Positions 52,592-62,139 of a DNA stretch of 64,000 nt are shown here, piece after piece. Location: positions 320,001 through 384,000 of the forward strand of contig CAXWPL010000003.1 of the NCBI GenBank assembly GCA_963666215.2, written 5' to 3'. Below the pieces are notes generated by a model. That model worked only from the letters and a program-made list of their open reading frames with translations. It had not been told where the DNA came from and made no database searches. The stretch's first letter is position 1, and the number at the start of each line of letters is the position of its first letter. The position numbers and the translations under genes are program-made. The DNA is from Acidobacteriota bacterium. Lineage in GTDB: Bacteria > Acidobacteriota > UBA890 > WLXD01.

Positions 52592-53940
52592 TTAGCTCGC
52601 TGGCTGCTGCTGGCTGGCGCAATGCATGCCGCCACCGTAGTAGTTGATCCCCAGCGTATGGAGCTGGACGATCTCGCGGTCGGGGAACAGCTCAGCGAAG
52701 ATCTCGCGTGCCCGCTCGTCCTTCTGCCTTTGCGACTCGGGCATACCCTCCTGCCAGTATTTCGGGATCAGCACGAGCCCGTTGGTGACCAGGTAGTTGA
52801 GGTAGCTGGCGGCAGCCACCTGGTACATCGTATCGCCCGGCTTCAGGCCAGCGGCGTCGAACTCGCTCTTGCCGCGCTCGTAGCGCTCCTCGGTCAGCGT
52901 GTATTCGCGCCGCAACGGATCGACCTCGGGTAACGCGATACGAATGATCTCGAAGAGGTTGCCATCTTGGTCGGTCTGCTGCCGCAGCGCGAGCAGGTTG
53001 TTCTCCAGCACGTCGTAGTTGAGCTCGTTGACCGGGTTGTCGTGGCGTTCCGCCTCCGGCACTTCGGCAAGCAAGATCGTCGACGAACCCACAAAGCGGG
53101 CGTACTCATCGAGATGACCATTGGCTCCACCGCCCGTGTAGTTGGCCGCAATCGGGCCAGGAAGCCAGAGGTCCTCGACAAGCGGCTCGGGCACCCAGAC
53201 GATCTTGCGCTGCCCCATGACTCGCAGATATTCGGTTTCGATCTCCTCGAGCGAGTGATCCGGGTTGCGCTGCAGAGTGGTCCAGCGGGTCACCATCAAG
53301 GTGCCGCGGCCGTTGACCGTCATGCCGCCACCCTCCCGGTCGAGATCACCTCGAGGCCGAGCATGTCGGCGACGTAGCGGTCGGTGTCACCGGTCAAGCG
53401 CCGACGGCGGGCACGCTCCGAATCTTCATCATCGTCGGTCTGGCTCGCCCGGCCGTAGCTCGTCCAGCGGAAGTCGACGACCTTCGTGTCTCCGGCGCTG
53501 TTGCGCACGAACAGCGGGCCAGGGTCGCGCATCCAGAAGTAGGGCAACTCGTGGACGTGGAGCGAGACGCGACTGCCCCAGGCGCCTTCGGCGCGTAGAC
53601 GCTCCTCGGCCTCGACCGCTGCATCCTCGGACTCCACGAAGACCTCCACATCAACATGGTCGCGGAGCACACGCACCATCTCGACGGTCATCGCGTTCAT
53701 CGTTACCTTGCGCTCCGAGCTCCTGCCGCCGAGCCCCTCCCCTACCCAGGCCACCCAAACCGCATCGTGAGGCTCCCACTCCGCTGGAAAGCTATAGTGC
53801 TCGGGATCGACGACAGCCTCGGGCTCGGCGGGCGGGATTCCTTCAGAGGAGCCCGCCGGGGCGGCGCAGCCGACCGAAGCCGTCGCGGTGAGAACCACAA
53901 CCGCCAGGCCAACCGCCATCGATCGCCGACTCGCGCCCAT
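52592..53940 (-). pseudogene. Agmatine deiminase/PPAD-family lipoprotein, frameshifted
   Basis: FPAEWEPH, WMRDPGP, EGGG.TVNG.GT, GHLDE, SYLNY, GGGMHC. The frame changes near 53335. Confidence 0.85.
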
Positions 53941-54168
53941 TGCCGTCTCCATCGCCCGAGCACATCCAGAACCGCCCCAGCGCCTCAGCCCATCGGACAT
54001 CTTGTATCCCCTCGTCAAGTCTCCAGGTCGTGCTTCAACTACATCGGCCGCACACTACACAAGATCCCCAATCACTCCAACGGGGGCCTCCCGCGCGCCG
54101 GGCTCGGCCAATCGATCGTGGCGACTCGCAAGGCCGGCGAGGCCCGCGGACGGCCTCGCGGCCACAGA

Positions 54169-54891
54169 CTAGAAGCGGGGCTCTCGCGTGAAGAGATAGC
54201 CGGCGCCGCGCACGGTGTGAAAGTGTTGCGGCCGATGCGGATCCGTCTCGAAGCGGCGCCGCAGTCTCAGGACGAAGTTGTCGATCGTGCGATCGGTGGG
54301 ATAGAAGCCCGCACCCCACACGCGGTCCAGGATCTCGTTCCGCGACACCACCTCGCCCTCACGGTCGGTCAGGAGTCGCAAGATCGCGGCTTCCTTGCTG
54401 GTGAGAAAGTGCTTGGCGCCGTCGGGACCGCGGCCGACGTAGCGCACCAAATCGACCTCGCTTTCGCCAAACGTCAGCGGCGGTGGCGGATCGGAGTCAG
54501 ACGGTCGGCTGCGCCGCAGAATCGCCGCCACGCGCAAGAGCAGCTCCTCGAGTCGGAAGGGCTTCGGCAGGTAGTCATCGCCACCCGCGGCAAGTCCCCG
54601 GATGCGATCGTCGGGATCGCTCCGGGCGGTCAGAAAAAGAACCGGCACCTCGTTGCCCGCCTGCCGCAATCTCTCGCACACCGAGAAGCCGTCGAGCCCC
54701 GGAAGCATGACGTCGAGGACGATGAGATCGAAGCGCTCGCCGGCACGCGCCAGTGCATCGATACCGTCGTGCTCCACCGCCACCGCATAGCCTTCAGCCT
54801 CGAGGTTGCTGCGGATCTCATCCGCTAGGCCGGGCTGATCCTCGACGACGAGCAGCCGGCTGGCAACGCTCTCGCCTGCGGACCGACTCAC
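54169..54891 (-). CDS. OmpR-family response regulator
   Basis: LLVVED, LIVLDVMLPG, FLTAR, DDYLPKPF, wHTH RTIDNF..TVRGAGY; GTGA overlap with the kinase stop. Confidence 0.93.
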   Translation of the reverse strand: MSRSAGESVASRLLVVEDQPGLADEIRSNLEAEGYAVAVEHDGIDALARAGERFDLIVLDVMLPGLDGFSVCERLRQAGNEVPVLFLTARSDPDDRIRGLAAGGDDYLPKPFRLEELLLRVAAILRRSRPSDSDPPPPLTFGESEVDLVRYVGRGPDGAKHFLTSKEAAILRLLTDREGEVVSRNEILDRVWGAGFYPTDRTIDNFVLRLRRRFETDPHRPQHFHTVRGAGYLFTREPRF

Positions 54892-55979
54892 GACGGTGGT
54901 GCCGCGAGCGGCCAACGAACCTCGAACGTGGCACCGTGTCCGTGACCCGGTGACGTTGCCGTGATGCCACCATCGGACAGAACGACAACTTCCCGAGCGA
55001 TGTGCAAGCCCAGGCCAGCACCGCTGCCGCCGCGGCGCAGCTCGTCCCCGGGTCGGTAGAACTTCTCGAACAGCAGATCGACATCGTCGGGATCGAAGCC
55101 GCAGCCGTTGTCGCGAACGACAACAGAGACGTCGTGCGCGCCGCGTGTCGCGTCAACCGACAAGCGGGGCTGCTCGGTCTCCAGCAGGGCCTCCAGCGCG
55201 TTGTCGAGCAGGTTGCGCATGACAGCTCGCAGCGCTTCGTCGTCGGCCATGACCCAGAGGTCGCCAGGAAGGTCGACGGAGAGATCGACTCCGGCCTCGC
55301 CGCAGTTGTCCTCCAGGTTGCGCATGACCGGTGCCAGAGCCTCCTGGAGGTGGAGCGCGGCCGGACGCAGAACGAAGCGTCCCTCGCCTAGACGGACCGT
55401 GTCGAGCAGGTTGCTGATCATCGACTCGAGCCGCAACAGGTTGCGCACGATCCGCGACGTCTTGACGCCGCGTTCTTCGGGGGCAAGGTCGTGTCGTTGT
55501 AGGCCCTCGGCCGCGAGCAGCGCCGTTGCCAATGGGCTCTTGAGCTCGTGGCTGGCCGCTGCCAAGAAGTTCTCTTGTCGCCGTCGCAGCACGGCATCCT
55601 GTTGGACCGCCCGCGCCACGACACTCACCGCGCCGAGCAGGACGAGCAGAAAGAAGCCCCCCTCCCAGCCGTATTGGTTCAATCGGTGCCAACGCTCATC
55701 TGCCTGTGCGGTGTCGCGCTGTGGATCAACAATCACGCGGCGACCGTCAACTCGAATCGCCGGCAGCACCCTCTCGACCGCCGAGGGTGTCTCTCCGAGC
55801 TCGAGAAGCCGCTCGGCGGCTCTCACCTGTTCCTGGTCCGAGCGGTCTGCGCGCTCCTCCACCAGGGCGATGAACCGCCACTGATCGAGCATCCACCAGG
55901 CTACCTGTGCCGCGCTGATGATCAGCAGCACACCGAGCCCGATGCTCAGAAAGCGAGTCGTACGGCGTTTTGTCGGCAA
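54888..55979 (-). CDS. Two-TM sensor histidine kinase
   Basis: H-box SHELKSPL, N-box NLLDNA, DNGCG, FEKFYR, GAGLGL. Confidence 0.93.
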   Translation of the reverse strand: MPTKRRTTRFLSIGLGVLLIISAAQVAWWMLDQWRFIALVEERADRSDQEQVRAAERLLELGETPSAVERVLPAIRVDGRRVIVDPQRDTAQADERWHRLNQYGWEGGFFLLVLLGAVSVVARAVQQDAVLRRRQENFLAAASHELKSPLATALLAAEGLQRHDLAPEERGVKTSRIVRNLLRLESMISNLLDTVRLGEGRFVLRPAALHLQEALAPVMRNLEDNCGEAGVDLSVDLPGDLWVMADDEALRAVMRNLLDNALEALLETEQPRLSVDATRGAHDVSVVVRDNGCGFDPDDVDLLFEKFYRPGDELRRGGSGAGLGLHIAREVVVLSDGGITATSPGHGHGATFEVRWPLAAPPS

Positions 55980-56071
55980 GGAGGACCTCGAACAGTTGGC
56001 CAGAGCAAGCTCTCAACGATCGCCACGATTCTAGCGGCGTCGCCTGCTCCGGCCTCGCTGCCCGCCGCCTT

Positions 56072-59065
56072 CTAGAAGCGCACCGTGGTACCCAAGCGAA
56101 TATCGCGCCCAATGCCCGGCGTCCCGAAGCGCGCATTCTCGTAGCTGCGATCGGCCAGGTTACTGATCGCCAGGTGCAGCTCCAACGGCTGCCCGGCGAC
56201 CCCAGTGGCCCAGGTTGCCTGGAAATCGTGGAGCACGTAACCCGCCGTCGCCTCGACGCCCGTCGGCACGCGATCACGATCGCCGTAGATGCGGGTGAAC
56301 CAATTGGCGCGCAGGCCGAGCTCCGGCCGGCGCCACTCGGCTCCGAGAACGAGCTTGTCGTTGGGAATCTGCAGCAACGGCTCTCCAGTGGCGTTGTCCT
56401 CGCCACGAGTCCGCGAGAACGATCCCCGCAGAACGATGTCGCGCTGCGGACTCAGGTCAACGGAGGCTTCGAATCCCGTCATCTGGGCGTCGAGGCGATT
56501 GGTCGCCTGCCACAGCTGGATCTGAGTGCCTCCGGTCACAGGAAACTCCGAAGTGAATACCGGCAGCAGCTCGATGAAGTTCTCGACGTCCGCACGCCAC
56601 AGCGAGGCACGCGCCGAAACGCGCCCACGACGGAACCTCAGGCCGCCGTCGAAGTTACGGCTGGTTTCGGCGACAAGATCCTCGTTGGGCAGAAACAGCG
56701 CCAGAAAAAAAACGTCTTGCGTCAAGGGAAAGGCGAAGTGGGTGCCCGTCAGGAAGAGCTCCTGGAAGAAGGGCGCACGGAACCCACCGCCGTAGCTGGC
56801 CGAGGCGAAGAGACCCTCACTGAGCTGGTAACTCGCCCCCAACTTGGGCGAAAGGCGATCGACCTTCTGGGAGCTGAGCTCGACAAGGTCCGGCTTGCTG
56901 TTCCAGCGGTCGTAGCGCAGGCCAGGAACCACCGACAGTCGTCCGTCGAACAGCGACAGCTCGTCTTGCACGAAGGTGCCGAGCTGCGTGCGGCTGCCCG
57001 ACGGGAAGAATGCGTGGGCATCGCCGTTGCGAACGGCGTCCTGGCGCTCCTGCACGAGCTCGAAGCCGTAGGTGACGGCGTGCGAGCCGCCCACGAGCGC
57101 CGTGTTGCGCGCATCGATGCCCCAGGTGCGGTAGCCGATGTCGTCAACGCGACCGTCGGCGATCCGGGACTCGTCGATCTTGGTCTCGTTGACGTAGACG
57201 GTGGCGTTGAGGCTGTTGTCCCACCAGTTCTCCCCTGTGCGGGTGTAGCGCGCGTTGACGCCCGCCGAGCGAGTGGCGCGGTCGATCAACTCGGCAGCGC
57301 CGACATCCATCAACGCGAGGTTCGTTGACGATCTGCCTTTCTGGCGAAAGTAGTTGCCCGAAAGGCGCAGCAGGCCGGAGCTACCGAGCGGCGTGTGCAG
57401 GCGGGCGTTGAAGTCGTTGATGTCCTCCTCGGCCTGTTCCAGATTGGACTGGACGCCGGCAATCTGAATCGAGCCGTCGTTGCGCCTGCCGGTGTAGGAG
57501 GCCATCCAGCTGAGGCCCGAGTCGGACCTACCGTAGAGACGAGGAGCGACGGTCCACTCGCCGTAGGCCGACGAGTAGGTCGAGCGCACCTGAGCGCCCA
57601 GGGTCTGGCGCGGATCGAGCAGGTCGCCCGGCGCGCGGGTGGTGATCGAGATGACGCCACCGATCGCCCCCGAGCCATACAGCGCTGAGGCCGGACCCTT
57701 GACGATCTCCACCTTCTCGATGTCATCGGTGTCGAAGAAATACGTGCCCCGGTGACCCGAGTTGAACTGCGCCACACGAGCTCCGTCGCGGAGCGTGAGG
57801 ATTCGCTGGTCGTCGAAGCCACGGATGTTGGGCGTTTGCCCGAGGCGTCGAGGCGACTCGCTCATCTCGACACCCGGCTCATAGCGCAGCACGTCATCGA
57901 GCCCACGCGCCTGCGTGCGGTCGAGATCATCGCGATCAATCACCGTCACCTCGCCAGGCACCCCGAGCGTGTCGCGCTCCGTGTGCGTTGCCGCCACCGT
58001 GATGCGCTTGGAGTAGGGCGCCAGCTGCAGCTCCACGTCGAGGTTCAACGAAGATCCAGAGGAGATCTCCACGGCCTGAGCCCAACGCCGGAAGCTGTCG
58101 ACATCGACCACCACGAGGTACGTGCCTGGACCGACCTGTTCGAAGCGAGCCAGGCCCTCCTGGTTGGTCGTACGTGAGATCACCTCGTCTCCCAATCTCA
58201 GCGAGACGGGTATCGATGGCGCCAACCGACCGTTGGGTGAGTAGACGGTCACCTCGACGATGGCTGACTGTTGCGCCTGCGCGACGGGAGCCACCGACGC
58301 CACCAGCATCACAGCGCCCACGACGGTCGCGGCTGTTCTGACCGCGGGTCGGGCCGGCGACGGCGACCGTCGTCGAACGTTGAGCCAGTAACCGGTCCAG
58401 ATCAGGAGGATTCCGATGATTTCCATGACGTACAAGACCTCCGTGCGCCCCATGCGACTGGCCGCACCGCCGATGCCCGGCAGAATTGCGCCGGATGCGA
58501 TGAACACGTTGCCGACGAACCGATCGCGGGCAACAACAGCACCGCTGCCGTCCCCCCGGGACGCGCGGTAGAAACGCCAAGCGGAGTAGATGGCTCCGCC
58601 GATCAGAAAGATCACGGCGTAGGTGTTGATGAAGGGGCTGAACGCCCGTACCCATTGCCAGGCGAACGCGCGTCCACTCGGCAGGTGGGGGTCCACCACC
58701 GCCATGTTGATGGGGCTGGCGATCACGCACGCGGCGGCGACTGTGACCACCGACACCAGAGCGATCGTCAGGCGCCGCGCTACCCGCGGTCGAAGCAGCA
58801 GCCAGACCGTTCCCTGCGCCAGCGGCGCACCCCCGAGGAGAGCCCCGACCACGTACCAGAACTTGAACATCACCGGGCTCCAGCCGAAGAGCGTGAACCA
58901 GCTCTCCGCAAAGGTCCCGAGCCCGTAGACGAGAATGCCAGCGCTCCACCAGAGCAGGTGGTTACCGCCACCCCGGTACAGGTAGCGGCGATACACCACG
59001 ACGGCAAACACGAACGAGATCACGGTCGTGGCGATCGGTAGGTAGTGAACAGCGGTGGGTTGCAT
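56072..59065 (-). CDS. Fusion of a 7-TM membrane domain, an internal signal peptide and a heme-type TonB-dependent receptor
   Basis: Residues 1-230 contain seven hydrophobic helices; residues about 245-264 are signal-like and end AQA|QQ. Then a carboxypeptidase-regulatory-like domain, plug (NIRGF, SGH, EIVKGPASALYGSGAIGG), FRAP..H..NEDL and a C-terminal F. Confidence 0.8.
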   Translation of the reverse strand: MQPTAVHYLPIATTVISFVFAVVVYRRYLYRGGGNHLLWWSAGILVYGLGTFAESWFTLFGWSPVMFKFWYVVGALLGGAPLAQGTVWLLLRPRVARRLTIALVSVVTVAAACVIASPINMAVVDPHLPSGRAFAWQWVRAFSPFINTYAVIFLIGGAIYSAWRFYRASRGDGSGAVVARDRFVGNVFIASGAILPGIGGAASRMGRTEVLYVMEIIGILLIWTGYWLNVRRRSPSPARPAVRTAATVVGAVMLVASVAPVAQAQQSAIVEVTVYSPNGRLAPSIPVSLRLGDEVISRTTNQEGLARFEQVGPGTYLVVVDVDSFRRWAQAVEISSGSSLNLDVELQLAPYSKRITVAATHTERDTLGVPGEVTVIDRDDLDRTQARGLDDVLRYEPGVEMSESPRRLGQTPNIRGFDDQRILTLRDGARVAQFNSGHRGTYFFDTDDIEKVEIVKGPASALYGSGAIGGVISITTRAPGDLLDPRQTLGAQVRSTYSSAYGEWTVAPRLYGRSDSGLSWMASYTGRRNDGSIQIAGVQSNLEQAEEDINDFNARLHTPLGSSGLLRLSGNYFRQKGRSSTNLALMDVGAAELIDRATRSAGVNARYTRTGENWWDNSLNATVYVNETKIDESRIADGRVDDIGYRTWGIDARNTALVGGSHAVTYGFELVQERQDAVRNGDAHAFFPSGSRTQLGTFVQDELSLFDGRLSVVPGLRYDRWNSKPDLVELSSQKVDRLSPKLGASYQLSEGLFASASYGGGFRAPFFQELFLTGTHFAFPLTQDVFFLALFLPNEDLVAETSRNFDGGLRFRRGRVSARASLWRADVENFIELLPVFTSEFPVTGGTQIQLWQATNRLDAQMTGFEASVDLSPQRDIVLRGSFSRTRGEDNATGEPLLQIPNDKLVLGAEWRRPELGLRANWFTRIYGDRDRVPTGVEATAGYVLHDFQATWATGVAGQPLELHLAISNLADRSYENARFGTPGIGRDIRLGTTVRF

Positions 59066-59153
59066 CGAGAGCTCCCTAGAACGGCGTCGTACGACGACTT
59101 CGGTTCTTTACGAGCTCTGATTGAACCAACGCGGCGGGGCCGCTATGTCATCC

Positions 59154-59624
59154 CTACGTCACGAGATCGGAATCTCGATCAACGCCGTCTTTCGCCGCCT
59201 CGCTGGCGTCGGTAGCGATCGTCAGCTGCGCCTCGGTGGGAGCATCGAACTCCAGCCTGATCGAGTCGCGCTGCAGCAGGAAACGGGTCCACAGCCCTAG
59301 GATCGTGCCGAAGGGAACAAACAGGCACAGGAGAACCACGGCGATACGGCAGAACCGATAACGCTGGCGACGCTGGATGAAGAAGCTGGCGCGCAGAATC
59401 GTCACCGACCACCAGATCACGAGTATCGCGAAAATCGTCGTCAGCGAAGTCGCGACCAGATCGATGAGCGCCACCAGCAGGCTCTCGGAGCCGAGAGTGC
59501 TCAGCGCGCCCAGCATCGGGCCGCACATCAGCAGGCCCATGAAGATGAAGAAGGCCCCGATCACCCGCATGACAAAGACCATGTTGCGCAGGTGACCGTG
59601 CAGACTGCTCGGTCGCAGGTTCAT
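59154..59624 (-). CDS. Small membrane protein
   Basis: Three to four hydrophobic segments, CLFVPFGTILGLW motif, AAGGAG RBS. Confidence 0.6.
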   Translation of the reverse strand: MNLRPSSLHGHLRNMVFVMRVIGAFFIFMGLLMCGPMLGALSTLGSESLLVALIDLVATSLTTIFAILVIWWSVTILRASFFIQRRQRYRFCRIAVVLLCLFVPFGTILGLWTRFLLQRDSIRLEFDAPTEAQLTIATDASEAAKDGVDRDSDLVT

Positions 59625-59698
59625 ATGAAGAGCTCCTTGGCGGTCGAGGAGACTAGACTGGCGCTTCCCGAAACCATCGAGCAACTGGCGATCTGTCC

Positions 59699-60098
59699 GT
59701 GCAACGAAACACCCTTAACCGGAAGCTAGCCGCTGCGGCAACCGTCGGCAACGCTCTCGCCCTCCTCGCCACGGCTTGTATACCCAGCGCCGACCCGGGC
59801 TCCCCGGCCGACCATTGGCCCGGATTCCTCGGGCCCACGGGGATCGCGGTAGGCCATCATCCGGACCTGCCGGAATCCTGGTCGGCGTCGCAGAACATCG
59901 AGTGGAGCGCGGAGATCCCGGGCAGGGGCTGGTCCTCGCCGGTCGTCTGGGGCGATCGAGTCTTCCTGACCGCCGAGACCAGCGAGCAGACGCTGAAGGA
60001 GCCGGGGTTCGGTGTGGACTTCGGCAACGAGTACATCGCCGAGCTCCTCGCCGAGGGGCGCAGCGAGGCCGAAGCCTCCGATATGGCCGACGCCCGCC
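59699..60098 (+). pseudogene. PQQ/BamB-like beta-propeller lipoprotein, N-terminal fragment
   Basis: Lipobox ATAC; HWPGFLGP, LPESWS..NIEW..EIPGRGWSSPVVWGDRVFLT; homology stops near 60095. Confidence 0.75.
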
Positions 60099-60533
60099 GG
60101 CACGCTGTCGCTGCTGATGGCCGATCTCGACGGCGACCATCGCCTCGACGCTGTCCACGGGCAGGGCGAGAATCCCGCGGCTATCGAGGAGAAGATCTTC
60201 CTCGGCAGCGGGCTGGATCCCGATACAGCGCCGCCTGTCGTGGCGCGAGTCGAGGCCGAGCTGAAGCCGGTCGATGGGCGCCAGGCGCTCCGGATCCGAG
60301 CCCGTGTCCATGATCGTAAGAGCCCGACGATGCCCCACGACTGGCAATCGGTGACCCTGCGCTGGGCTCAGGAGGGCAGCGAGGAGGAGATCCCGATGAC
60401 CTGGTATGGCGAATACCTGTGGTTCGCCGAGATCCGTTCCGAAAACCTTTCCGGGATCACCTACCGTGTCTGCGCCATCGACGCGGCCGGCAACCAGTCG
60501 TGCTCGAGCCCCCACTCCGCGGAAGGGACATAG
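60096..60533 (+). pseudogene. C-terminal fragment of an FG-GAP repeat protein
   Basis: ADLDGDHRLD..GQGE, DTAPP, IRARVHDRKSP, PMTWYGEYLW, CAIDAAGN; no start codon of its own. Confidence 0.6.
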
Positions 60534-60614
60534 CACAGCTCACCTGGCCCATACCGCCCGCACCGAGGGGCTCGAGCAGACGGTAGGGCCCGAGGGTTTC
60601 GCGATGCATGGGCG

Positions 60615-61190
60615 TTAGCTCTGGGTTCTTTGCGAGAAGAACAGCGTTTCGGTGACGCGAATGTCGTCCGCAGGACGCTCGGCGCTGACGCTCTCGAGCG
60701 TCTCACCGGTTTGCGGATCTTCGAAGAGGATCGTCCAGCTGCCGGGATGCGGGTTGAAGACACACTCAGGGAAGACGATGTGGTGGTGCCAGTGTCGGTC
60801 GTGAGCACTGAGCTCCGCAGCCCGTCGCATCATCGCAATGACATTCGGTGAACAGATCTCGAGCTCGAGATCCTCATCCGTTGAGGGATTCGTCGATCGG
60901 TCCGCCGGCCGGTGCCGTGACGCGAGCGGATCCACGCCGTGCACCAGAGTCGCCAGCCGGCGCCCCACCTCCATCATCGGCTCGTCGGAATAGACGACGT
61001 AGACCTCGCCGCGATCGGACGCCTCGACGACAAGCGCACACTGCGGACGGTCGTTGAGCCTGCAGTCGGTCGACAGCACATGGTTGTGCCAACGCTCACC
61101 GCTTGCCGCCAGCTCGTCACCGAGCTCGAGCAGCCGATCCACACTCACCTCGATCACGTCAAAGTCGCTGAGGGTCTTCACAAAGAGCAC
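60615..61190 (-). CDS. Hypothetical protein with two internal repeats carrying WHxH-x5-C-x2-N
   Basis: WHNHVLSTDCRLN and WHHHIVFPECVFN lie in two alignable halves of about 70 aa. Confidence 0.7.
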   Translation of the reverse strand: MLFVKTLSDFDVIEVSVDRLLELGDELAASGERWHNHVLSTDCRLNDRPQCALVVEASDRGEVYVVYSDEPMMEVGRRLATLVHGVDPLASRHRPADRSTNPSTDEDLELEICSPNVIAMMRRAAELSAHDRHWHHHIVFPECVFNPHPGSWTILFEDPQTGETLESVSAERPADDIRVTETLFFSQRTQS

Positions 61191-61274
61191 TCCTGGCGAT
61201 TCTTCATAGAGAGCGGTCCACGCAATCGAGCCTCCCGAGTACGCGATAGCCCATCAGCCGCTGGTTGCGAGTTA

Positions 61275-62033
61275 CTACATGAATTGTCCACCGTTGACGC
61301 TGAAGCACGCTCTGGTGCTGAATTTGGCGCCCACGACACCGTCAACCATCCGCAGCAGGTCATCGAGCTCGCCAAGCCGGTTCATCGGGATACGGCCGAG
61401 CTCGACCTCCAGGCCCGATTCGGACTCCAAGTTGTACCGCTCCATGACCTCGCGCGTCTTGATCGACCCGGGAATCACGCAATTGACGCGAATGCGCGGC
61501 GCCAGCTCGAGCGCCATGCATTTGGTGAGCGCCAGGATGCCGCCCTTGGCACTGCAGAAGTTGGCGCCGTTCTCGCGACCTTCGATGCCGCAGGGAGCGG
61601 CAAAGTTGATGATCAGGCCTTCGTTGTCGGGACTATGGAAGACAAACTCCTGCGAGCAAACGAAATGGCCGCGCAAGTGGGAGGCGATAACGCTGTCCCA
61701 GTGCTCGTCGGTGAGCTCGAGGAACGGAGCGTCGCGGTTCCTACCGGCGGAGTTGATGAGCATGTCGACGCGGCCGAATTTCTCGATGACCGCATCGAAC
61801 ATCGCCCGCACCTGATTGCGATCGGCGACATCAGCCTTGCACTTGATGACCGCCGAAGATCCCGCCGGAGCGACCGCGAGCAGCTCACTCTCAGCACGCT
61901 CGCCGCGGGACTCGGAAATGTAATTGACGCACACACCGAGACCCTTGCCGGCGAAGTGCGCGGCGAGCGCGGCGCCCAGACCGCTGGAGCCGCCGGTGAT
62001 GACCACCACCTTCTCGTTGAATGTGTCGGACAC
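61275..62033 (-). CDS. SDR-family (FabG-like) oxidoreductase with an atypical active site
   Basis: TGGSSGLG, INSAG, RVNCVIPG; the YxxxK motif reads FCSAK; GAGGAG RBS before GTG at 62033. Confidence 0.85.
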   Translation of the reverse strand: MSDTFNEKVVVITGGSSGLGAALAAHFAGKGLGVCVNYISESRGERAESELLAVAPAGSSAVIKCKADVADRNQVRAMFDAVIEKFGRVDMLINSAGRNRDAPFLELTDEHWDSVIASHLRGHFVCSQEFVFHSPDNEGLIINFAAPCGIEGRENGANFCSAKGGILALTKCMALELAPRIRVNCVIPGSIKTREVMERYNLESESGLEVELGRIPMNRLGELDDLLRMVDGVVGAKFSTRACFSVNGGQFM

Positions 62034-62139
62034 GTGCTGGCTCCTCGCGTCTGCGCGCTCACTTTTCCCAGGACGGGTCAAGCGGAGAGCCTCGAAGGGG
62101 TAGCATGCCCGGCGATACCTCTCAAGCAATCAACGCTGG

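Noticed and set aside
59066-59153. OmpR-type direct repeat upstream of the fusion receptor (GTTCAATCAGA / GCTCGTAAAGA on the minus strand)
   Set aside because: The similarity is too weak to distinguish from chance.
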